DNA of 61,738 bases, filler included, from Porpidia crustulata (taxonomy: Eukaryota), in the NCBI GenBank assembly GCA_964255105.1. It is 5 parts of 5 records of this genome, joined end to end, with 100 filler letters (N's around TTAATTAATTAA, not from the genome) between each part and the next. Parts side by side here need not be neighbours in the genome. Positions count along the whole stretch, not along the records: positions 24,787 to 37,047 come from CAXUWE010000553.1; 4 more parts are not named here. One strand, given 5' to 3'. Shown in pieces: positions 27,035 through 37,147 of this stretch; within the stretch, counting starts at the first letter, position 1; the number at the start of each line of letters is the position of its first letter. The notes under the pieces were generated by a model that saw only the letters and a program-made list of their open reading frames with translations, made no database searches and had not been told where the DNA came from. Position numbers and translations under genes: made by a program.

Positions 27035-28621
27035 GACAAACAGCTTCTGTGTTGTCACCGACTGTCCGAACAGAGATGACCACCGTAGAGATTGGAGCTG
27101 TCGGTGGAAGATCAGCCAAAACCCTCAAAGATTACTGCAGGTATAACTGAATCTTCAGATCCTCCATATTATAATAGCTTCCAGTGCATCCTTCAGCCTA
27201 CGCGGTAACAGGGCTAACCCTAACAATTTGACAAGGGAACAGCACCGAATGACTGCGCCAAAAGGCTGACCCGCCTGCTGACTTGATATAGCCGGACCTC
27301 TTCTCTTATTATTTGCATAACACTCCAATTCCAATCTCAGCCCCTTCCCGAGAATCAACCCATCGGAGTCAGCAGTTCCGATTCTCAACCCGACGACTAT
27401 TCCCAACGAGAAAGAACCTCTTCACGGTCCAAAGTTGTGCCCCAAAAAATGCTCATAGCGGTTTTTCTCATCCATATTGGTCAACTTCAACCATTTAGAC
27501 GCAAGTGATGTGGAGTGGACGCCATTATCGCCATAACGCACCACATGCGTTATTCTCACCATTTCTTATGAGTGATGGGATTTCCGTATGGAAATGCGGA
27601 TATTTGCTGCACACGAAGCCGACGAAGCTATGATACTTTATTACATCATGGTCTTTCTACATAATCACACGATGCATTTCAGACTGAAAAGTGAACGACC
27701 ACCTGCTCTCATTCCGTGATATAGACCAGCTCACAAAGTAGCTCTAATAGTAAGAACTTGGTCGTAGAAATGACTAACGTGAAAAGTGCTATGTGTGTTT
27801 AAGCCCACCACAGCCCAATACTTCGTTGAATTGTGACTAAAGGGTGCATCTTCAGAAAGGCCTTAAGGATTTGATCTAGAAAATATCAATCGTGGGGACT
27901 GAAGGAAGCGCTGATGAAGCTCTTCCTATCCTCTTCGTCTCAATCAGGTCCGCACGTAGTCTAGTAGTGCCGTACGCTATCTAATAGTGTGACGAATTTG
28001 ATTCTGGTGTACATACACGACGATCAGCTTCTTATAATAAGGACTATGGAAGGTACGGAATAGCCTGAGACAGGGTTTCCAGGATCGGTAAAAGAAATAA
28101 GGATAATACCAGCATCACCCCCAGAAGCAGAAAGACATGACCCATGATTTCTTCGCCCCTTTGTCCATCAAAGATATATATCGGTACTGCACGCGGATTG
28201 TCCGGCATGAAAAGCCTAATGAGCAAACTCTACTCCTTTTTAAGAAAGGCCTCGCGATCGTGACCAAGGATTTCATGGTGTTTTTGTACGAAATATTACT
28301 TTCAGAATCTGAAACATCCGCTTCCTCTCGCGCAAATCAACTGGACTGCGACGGCAATGTTTTTTGGGTTCAAAATGAACAAATAGAGAGCGGATAGAGA
28401 TTTGACGCCACTGATTTTGAGACGTTGAAGATTTGGGAGCCATCTCTTATGGTCTCAGGGTCTGATGTATTGACGGAGGCTACATGGAGGCTATGGATTG
28501 TAAGAAGTTTGTTCCGCGTTTCAATCCAGACATTTGCAATACGTACGTAAAAATTGCTGCGTGAAATCGGCCATCCAGCAAGAAAATATTTCCATCTACG
28601 TATTGACGAGGAACCTTGAAT

Positions 28622-30634
28622 TTAACAGGCATAACGATCTAATGTTGCGCAAGCTTCAGTCGAAGAGCTGGTAGATCTCCACGAGCACCAGATGGCCATC
28701 GTCATGACACACATGATATATGCGTAAGCCAAAAACCGAAGGCACTTGCGCTGAGTACCCCGTTGGATTAGGCTATACCTTGTGAGGAAATTTTCTATCG
28801 GATCATGGAAGCGTCGCAGAAAACTGAATAGACCAACGTAAAGACTAACTACGACAATGTTTGGACCAAGCTTTATGGCACCCCAATGAAACAGGCCCTG
28901 GAAGCCAGGTACCAAATAAGTAGGTAAGGAAGAAAGGGAAGGATATCCTATCATCATATGAAATAAGGTGGCGATGACATACCCGGCAAACTCGATGGTT
29001 AGTACAAACAGCATGACTACAAGAATACCGAACCATTCAAAATCGTAGCAGCGTTCGGCGTACGCCGCCTGTGGAATATGTACTGTTGCAGACTCAATGA
29101 ACATGGTTCTCGCATTATTAATATTGTCATCATTGTTGATGATTGAGAGTGATGATGATCCGGATGACCAGTGTCCTACTGATACGATATGAGTGTCTTC
29201 ACTTGATAATGAATCTTCAGTATCGCCGATAGTCACATCTGGACAACGTCCGATATTGTCGGCATCCGAACAAGATTCATTTCCTGTCTTCCTATACACC
29301 TCTAGATCCTTATCAGCAAGTCCAAGCGCGAATTACTGAACACAGTTATTTAACGTAGAAGACCAGGTTTTGAAAAGGATACAATGATTTGAAAAAGACT
29401 GATCTTGGATCATTCAGTGAAAGGGGTACAATGATAGTAAGGAGGGGACGAAGTTGATGCGAAAAACAACAGACTGACCATAGCAAGTTGTTGTGATGGT
29501 GATAACCGGTAGTATTAACAGTATCATTGGCATAAGCTGGCCAAACCCCCAGATGTTCTGTTCTCGCAGCACGGACTTATCAACAGCCACTCGAGAATTC
29601 CAGAGGCTAAGGCAGCCCCAAATCAAGGCAAATAGAAGCCATAAGATCTATCGCATTTTAGTCTAAGTCTATTGTAGCACTCTATGACGTACCTCCCATA
29701 TCATGGATTCGAAAATGTCGAAGACAGCTCGTAGGCTAATGTATAGCGATTCGAAGACCCAAAGTTGATGGATCCAGTACCGACTTGATGTAGGCAGCTC
29801 AGAATGATACAAGTTCTTATCAAGGCCTCTTCGAAGTACACTACCAGGCTTCTGTCTGAGCCATCTCTTCGTGAAGGCCGTACTTCGGGGTGATAGTTTA
29901 ATTAGTCTCGTCATATAACCGAAGAAGAGGAGCACGATGGAAAGAACCATGTATACTGTTTTATTGGCAGAAGAGAGAAACGTTTCCGGATAATAGAGGT
30001 CTCGAAAGCCGCACAAGGCGGGTAGCTCTTGGTCTCGTGGGTCTCCATTTGGTAAGAGCGCGACTCCAAGCATGATAACAATGATCAGCATCAAGCAAGC
30101 TCTCCACGTGCGTAAGGTAGGATTATTCTGAAAGTAGTACCGAAGCGTAGTCAAGGTTGTGAGATGTGTCATACATGAGAACCACGTGAGATTGACGACA
30201 ATTCCCCAGTGATAAAAGGAGATACCGTGAGATAGTTGAGAATATCCCGCGGTCAGCAAAGCTATTCCTGTGACCAATTGCTGGTCACTCAGCATCAGCA
30301 CAGCATTTCGAATGACAGGCTCCCACTTCCGGGAAGGATTGACATGAAGTTTACTCCGCAGAAATCTGAGGAGACCTTCGTCAATTGGATTCGGGAATCT
30401 TTGAGAGTGGTAGCCCATAGCATAGTGAACGACAACCAGCAATAGTGTGAAATAGGCTGACGCGACGAATCCTATCGTCACCTAATATCTCAAGTCAACT
30501 TTGAGTGTATTTGCTTGATCCTGGTAGCATTAGAGAAAGACGTAGAGACTTACCCCAAGACCGGAGATATCAGGGTTGGCATTCAGTGGTCGAGAGACAG
30601 CATTGACGTCACATGTTATATCTTCATTGGACAT
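28622..30634 (-). CDS. Multi-pass fungal membrane protein of the NPDISG/LSDQQLVTG/WGFGQ family (~572 aa)
   Basis: ATG 30634; introns 30482-30553, 29648-29692 and 29302-29478 link three listed ORFs in frame. Motifs ANPDISGLGV, LSDQQLVTGIALL, YHWGIVVNLTWFS..TH, WGFGQ. The last (177-nt) intron is the least certain. Confidence 0.75.
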
Positions 30635-31205
30635 CGTGACCGTGCAAGTGAAGACAAATCAGACTAGACTATCATTGTCTCGGATGGGAGCTCTTTATGT
30701 AGCATAACAGTAGAGTGCTTGCGAGAACATCTGAATCCACATCTAAGAGGAACAATGCCGCAATATCGCTCAAGAGTACTTTTGTTCAGCGCCTGCAGCT
30801 ACAGACGGCACAGTGCTCAGCCTCCCCGCATTGATTGTCACATTGTGTAGAATGGTCTACGGCACCAATCACCAAGCTCATAAAATCCTAAATGCTACGT
30901 CATATGGTTTCATGAGCGCAGACTCGTGCCGCCTCGTTCAGTCTCGCGCGCCATCGACGTTGTACCCTCCCTGTAGCTGCACGCCGCGCAAACATCCAAT
31001 GTTGTTGTTGTCTAGGAGTATTTTTGACTTAAATTCATAGGATTTGAGTTGATTCTTCACGATTTGTATGAATGGACCGGTCGCGCTGGAAGCTGAGCTG
31101 ATTCGGGCACTCTGAGATGGCCCGCCACCTGTGTGCCTGTCTCCTCGCTCACCACTTTTTTTGAATCCTATGTAATTGTCTGAACAAGTCGAAGAGCTGC
31201 TCAAA

Positions 31206-31752
31206 ATGCCATATTTCTCCGGATTCCTCCATACGTTACAAGTTAGCATTAGCATATACGGCATATATCTCTCTTATCAATCCATCAGCTCACTTCGAAA
31301 ATACGAGGAGAAATCCGAGAAGGCTGCGAAGTGGAGCAACACCGCTGAACATCAGCTCTATAAGACGAGGGTCACTCAAGCAAGCGGACTTTCTGCTGTA
31401 CGTGCTTTACTGTGGAAACCACTCAGGTTCTTGTGTTCTCGGGATGCTGTCTGACAAAGGTTTTCAGATCCTACTATCAATTTTCACATCCCTGAACCCT
31501 CTCTGGCGCGAAGCTTCCCCTACGGTCTCGGCACGGAACAAGCATGACTCTGTACTCAGCGTCCTCAACCTAGTCGTCTTACTATCAGCGTATTATCATG
31601 TCACCGGATTTTGGCGACGCAAGGCAAAGGTTCCGTTCGTCCAGGGATTTAATGATCGAATAACAAGGACAAACCAGATCAGACAGCTTTTGTATATCTT
31701 GGCTGGACTTTGGACTGTGACCAGCTGCCTAGGAATGCTAGGAATAAAATGA
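31206..31752 (+). CDS. Small multi-pass membrane protein of unknown function (~158 aa)
   Basis: ATG 31206, intron 31398-31467. Motifs KYEEKSEKAAKWSNTAEHQLYKTRVTQASG and FWRRKAKVPFV; several hydrophobic helices. Confidence 0.8.
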
Positions 31753-32402
31753 AAGATCTTGAAGAATGCAGTTTCGGGATAAGACAACGTGAGGAGGATT
31801 AGAACATTGACAGTGCTGCCGAGACCCTAACTCCCTTTCACTAAGCACCCCGGATTACCTTATACCTTTGGACTCTTGGCGTCTCATTGTTGAGTTGGGC
31901 TTTGTCTCCAATCAATATTCAGATTTGTGGGTTGAGTGTGGAATCCTTTACTACAGATTCATAGAACAAGGACTGAACAGCGCCGCATGACAGAATATTT
32001 ATGCTTACGCCCGGGACGCGCTGCTGGAAATGTGTGGAGTAACTGACCCGTATCAGAGGACCCATATGGAATACTTGCCAGACATAGTTACACTATGCCA
32101 TGCGTAATCACATCAAGTCATCCAAACAGTGTCTTTGGATTGCTTCTAGACGAAGTCTACGCGAAGAAGCAGTCGCCTAAGTCGTCGTGATTGGGGAAAA
32201 CTTTCCAAGGCGCAACGGACTGGAATCGACGTTCCGAATGAGACCGGGCTGACGAGTCGAATTTCAATAAGCTATTTCAAGGACTATTCGCACGATTGAT
32301 GTTATCCTCCTTAACTACGTGTGTTTAGCAGATCACTATTCAAGAGATGCGTTCAGGTATTTGCACAACTTCACTCAATTTCTGAAAACCGATGGAACTT
32401 TA

Positions 32403-33021
32403 CTATTCAGACAAGAGAAATTTCTTCTCGCTTGTCTCTACAATCGAAGCTACGTGAGAACAGGTTCTTGGCTTTACCGAGTTGAACTGGAGTTTACAGG
32501 GAGAGCATCTCCTATTCCAACTACACAGCACGAAGTTGTTCCCCCCCGCAACAGTGTGGGTAACCACGCCTGCTAAGTCGCAATTGTCATTGAACACGAC
32601 ACGGTCGGGTCCTGGTCCCTCGCTGCCGTCGAAGATACTACCGTCCGCCATGATGGGAAATTCGTAGTACGGGGCCGAAGCCGCAAAGGGAAGATTCTCA
32701 TAGTTATTTTCCGAATGCGGGTAGTTATTACGGCCGACGGTCTGTCCACTAGGCTCGTATTGGCAGCCGGTCTGCTGAACGTTGTTGATGGCGGTGGAGT
32801 CGTAGGAATTGTAGCCACAGGTGACGTCACTGGACTGACGCTTTAAGTGCTGAGGAGAGTCAGCAAAGGCACGAAATAGTTGAAGGAAGCGACCTACAAT
32901 GGAGACTGGCGTAGCTAGGGTACTGATACTAAGGAGACCAACGACCAACAGCAACTGTCGATTTCAATTAGATTGCATTGACCGGAGCCAGGAAGGAAAG
33001 CTGTACCTTAATGAAGGACAT
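32403..33021 (-). CDS. Secreted guanyl-specific ribonuclease, RNase T1/N1 family (~172 aa incl. atypical C-terminal extension)
   Basis: ATG 33021; introns 32955-33006 and 32850-32897; signal peptide and Kex2 site (LKR). Catalytic motifs YPH, YYEFP, GPDRVV, THT and NNFVLC. Confidence 0.93.
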
Positions 33022-34270
33022 GGCGAAAATGAGGGCCCCAGATGTCTTAGTACAATGGGTAAGAGGTTGAGGATGTCAAGTCAATGGCCGAGGAAACACA
33101 ATGATATCGAGGAGGACCATCCTTTTATATGACTCAGCATAGCGCTGTAGCTCATCAATTTCCTATAGAATGCTATTCGAGATTTCTGAAATGCTACCAA
33201 TCATCAAAGAACCTGATATGCCTAGGTAGAGCATATGTAGGTTCTCCGACAACCTGCCATTCACAGATACTCGAGCAGTACATGTAATGGTATTCAGCAA
33301 AATCATTGGCAAAAAGGTTATGGAAATTCCATGGGACAAGGAAGGCGGTGGAATAGCACAACGGACAGATGTCGCAAGATGGAAGGGGAGGTCAATTTGG
33401 CTTCGGGAAGGTCCGAGACGCTACCCGTGCAAACGCCTTAACTCCGTGATCTAGTGGCTGTTAATCACAACCGCGAATAGCAGCATATGAAGTGACACAA
33501 AGAACAATTAAGTATTGAAGATGATGAATGAAAACTAATATCTGTGTTAGATACAGCCTTGATTGAAAAAATGGAAGCTATGAAGATAGAGAACCTTGGT
33601 TGACTAATTCATCTATTGTCATTTTCAGAACATCGACAAGAAAATGCTCGAGCCTAGAATCTGAAGAGGCGGAGTAGGTAGCCGTCCAGCCGTCCTATGT
33701 CCGAGAAGGTGGAAAGGATCGTGCAACTGGCTCACCCTGGCTCATCCTCTTTATTTTCAATCTCCGCTCGATGTTGTCGTACTGGAGAAGTATATATGAC
33801 TCGAGCTTTGGCCATCGTTTAACTTTTAACCTCTATCTCATGTGTTTAGCCGTAGTACATTGTAATCGACGTAATCGAGAATAAGATTAAACTCGAGCCC
33901 GTACATACCAAGATGGTAGTGAAGGAACTGTTGTCTTAGGCAGACTGGGGAGGATGTTATGCCAGGTGTGACATCTGTTTTCCAGATTGCCAGGTTCCGA
34001 CCTTTCCGAGATATACCTCTTTGGCCGCTGCATTTTCATCGGGACGGTTTCAAAATTGACCTACTCAATCTCTTCAAGTTTGCCAGAGTCCGGCCATGAT
34101 CCTGGCAAAGGCTGGGAACTGGGAGGTTCTCTTCTTCCCAAAAGTCATCAATAGCATTTGGAGCTTGCGTAAAGCGCGATTTTTATTGCGGAAATAGTTG
34201 CCAAGTGGCCGTTTCACGAAGTAGACAATTCCTCAAGTCTCTTCGCTGTCCTGACCTATGTAGAACCTTG

Positions 34271-36101
34271 CTAATACACGGGTATATAGAGCAAAGGAGC
34301 CCACTGATTCCCTATAACGTTGTAGGAGAGCTCTGCTAGTGCCGTATCGTTTGCTTGAAAGTAAATGCAGACGGAAGTCAACGCCGGCGTACACGCTGTG
34401 GCACTGAAGCGTCTGAAGGGCAGAAGTGTTGGCGAACGAAAAATGGATCTTCTAGCCACCGAGGAGGAGGGATCGGTCGGGAAATCAGTGGATACGTTGA
34501 TGACTATGGCGATAGTACTGTTGGGATAGAGATAGACAAGTGCCGTACTGTTTTCGGAGAGTTGAACATGTGAGATATCTGCGCCGAAAAAAACGTCGTT
34601 ATAAGTGGCTGTTGTCGAGGTTAGCGGTGTCTCTCAGAGTTGGTCTGGTTGTATCCATACGCATGCTATTATCTGTGCTGATTCAAACATCAGAGCCTAC
34701 TAGTGCCGAAAAGCCATAGTGGTGAAATCGGTCGACTATAGACAGGTCCGGGGGTTGCCCCTCAGAGTTGGTCTAGTTGTATCCATACGCATGCTATTAT
34801 CTGTGCTGATTGAAACATCAGAGCCTACTAGTGCCGAAAAGCCATAGTGGTGAAATCGGTCGACTATAGACAGGTCCGGGGGTTGCCCTGAATCGGAAAA
34901 GCTCAGTCTTGCGTAGAATTGGGAGTTATTGGTTGGAAAAGGGTTCAAGGCGTTGAGAGTACAGGCAAAACCTTCACCTATATACTCGTTACTTGAGGAC
35001 TCCCAGGAGTCGAATATTTTGAGAAGATTGGGGTTGGTATGTGAGTTTGGGATAAAATTACCGTCCGGCGATATGTCCACCATGACCATGGAGCGATTGA
35101 TTGCCTGGTAAAGTACCACGGATGATAATCCTGGAGAAGTCATGGTTCCTGGCAGGGACATAGTGTATGCATACGACTGATGAGATATACCTCTCGATGG
35201 CAAAATATTAGATGAACTCGAGAATTTGGTCTCATTATGAGGAGGGAGAGCGGCTGGAAGTATTGGCGAGTCCCGCCAGTTGTTTCCATTGAAAATGCTC
35301 TGTTGCAGAACATTTGAGCCGCTGAGATAAACAATAGAAACCTCGGAGTAAATAGTGTCAGCGTAATTGTGTAAGTAAGGTAGAGAGAAAGTAAGTTTAC
35401 ATATTGCCCAAGATTCAGCGAAGTCTGATTGACCCAATTACCTGAGACATTGACGCAAGATGCAGTCAGAGGGGTGCCCAGTCTCGCGTTGGTGAAATTG
35501 AAGTAGCTCCCAGTTGTGTCCCACAAAGGTGCAGAAAATGAATGCTGGGTGGCATCAAGATTTCCTAGATTGTTCTGCAGAAACACCCAGCGATCTCCGT
35601 CGGCACAACTCACGGCCGCTATCGAGGTGTTCTTCAGGAGGGACGACACTGAAATAGAAGAGCCAGTCGGTGAGACGGAAGCCTAAGTTGGGGAAGATGT
35701 GGATTGAATGGTCGAGAGTTCAGTCTTTGAAGACTATCCCGAGGTACTAGATCAGACTTTGACATTAGGAGTCACTCGACACCAGCAGGTCATTTGTTGA
35801 TAGCGAACCTTGATCTGGACGCTTAAATCCCTCCTGTAGTTCCTCCCACAATCGCAGCAACGATGATTGCGTAGAACAGAGTAATCCACCACCACTTCTA
35901 TCTTTTTAGAAAATGATCTGGAAGACTCTCTTCAAGTGGTTCTTTCTCGCTAGATTTAATGTCTCTCAAACTGCTGTGTAGTGCTTCGATACCATCTTCG
36001 TTAGATGCCTGTGGAGGAAACCCTCGCGGATCGTGAACAAGCTCCAATTCAGCAGAATTATAGGCCTCGGGCGCATCGCTCAAGCGGTGCAGCACATTCA
36101 T
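34271..36101 (-). pseudogene. Type II membrane protein with fungal fucose-specific lectin-like beta-propeller, disrupted by four in-frame stops
   Basis: ATG 36101; introns 35747-35808, 35342-35400 and 34609-34788 give one frame of 510 codons. Stops at 35898-35900 (TAG), 35823-35825 (TAA), 35734-35736 (TAG), 35683-35685 (TAG). TM WWWITLFYAIIVAAIVGG; propeller-like repeats TSIAAV..RWVFLQ, GTPLTA..VSIVYL, VVLYQ, IYFQ..LAEL..W. Confidence 0.75.
34633..34888. repeat. Tandem duplication, 2 x 128 bp, 2 mismatches
   Basis: Copies 34633-34760 and 34761-34888 differ only at ctGgtt/ctAgtt and attCaa/attGaa. Confidence 0.95.
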
Positions 36102-36644
36102 GTTTGATCCGTCATTGACAGAAACGTACAATCCACCAGTGGCATCTAACAAGAGACCGCTGTTGAAAATACAAGGAGAAATTCATATATTTTGAACACG
36201 GGAAATCGCGCGAAGGACAAAAGCTATTTATCTCGAGTGCTATCTTCGAATAAGTGGAGGCTATATTTATACAGTCGAATGGTGGCGCAAGTATCTCCTA
36301 CAACGAAGTTGAAGATAATTGGCCATAAAAGACTCGGTCTCCCCACACCTTCTGCATCTGCGCATAATCCTTACTGTTCTCATTCGTTGTGTGGATTTGT
36401 GAGGTCGAGGATATGATTTTGCTTGTGGATTTGAGTGTGCATCTGGCGCGCGTGCAGTTTTGGTTTGCGTTCAGACTGTAGCGTATTCAGATACTAAAGG
36501 ATCGCCACCTCGATGCGAGATGAGTAAGTGCAGTGTTTAACTAATAGAAAAAAAGTATCGTAACTTAACTTTATAGATCAGTACATAATAATAAAGATCA
36601 ATGTAGATTATTTGTGAATAAATTTTGAATTAAATTTAAAATGT

Positions 36645-36844
36645 TGTTACGGCCATACCCACCATATCTAGTAGTATTGGACCAAGTCTTCCAACTTGGT
36701 ACTCTAACGTGATCTACCCCCTAGTTGGCCAAACCCTCTAGTTGGCCAGCGCCCTACCCCGAAATATAACTAAAGCACGATATATCAACAATTTCCAATA
36801 GAATTAAGCTATTTACACCTAGAAATCAAGGTATGGCCGTAACA
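36645..36844. mobile_element. Probable LTR of an LTR retrotransposon (or MITE-like element), 200 bp
   Basis: Perfect 15-bp terminal inverted repeats TGTTACGGCCATACC / GGTATGGCCGTAACA (TG...CA ends); AT- and TpA-rich; no matching target-site duplication seen. Confidence 0.65.
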
Positions 36845-37042
36845 GTTGTTCTAATAACAACACAAGATATAAACAGAGATAGACTAGAGTAACGAACTCT
36901 CATGCTACTGTAGACTAAGGTCTGGAAATAGCTTAGTGTAATGGTTGTTCTAATAACAACACAAGATATAAACAGAGATAGACTAGAGTAATGAACTCCT
37001 TGCTACTATAGACTGAGGTCTGCAGATAGCTTAGACAATAGA
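36845..37042. repeat. Tandem repeat, 2 x ~99 bp, directly abutting the LTR-like element and running to the contig end
   Basis: GTTGTTCTAATAACAACACAAGATATAAACAGAGATAGACTAGAGTAA starts at 36845 and again at 36944. Confidence 0.9.
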
Positions 37043-37047
37043 ACTGA

Positions 37048-37147
37048 NNNNNNNNNNNNNNNNNNNNNNNNNNNNNNNNNNNNNNNNNNNNTTAATTAAT
37101 TAANNNNNNNNNNNNNNNNNNNNNNNNNNNNNNNNNNNNNNNNNNNN
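37048..37147. other. Artificial contig linker
   Basis: N44-TTAATTAATTAA-N44. Confidence 0.98.

Noticed and set aside
27214..27224. CTAACCCTAAC as a telomerase RNA template
   Set aside because: Only an 11-nt match in the MFS promoter, with no pseudoknot or other TER element that I could recognise. A fungal TER covariance-model search would settle it.
28044..28620. Possible gene remnant (86-aa ORF 28137-28397)
   Set aside because: No recognisable motifs, and the downstream frames are closed by stops.
35683..35900. Stop-codon reassignment (TAR=Gln) or A-to-I editing rescuing the lectin-like gene
   Set aside because: Genes on the same contig end normally at TAA/TAG. Editing would need four sites, including a TAA, and would put Trp into a Ser/Thr linker. 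RIP-type mutation is more parsimonious.
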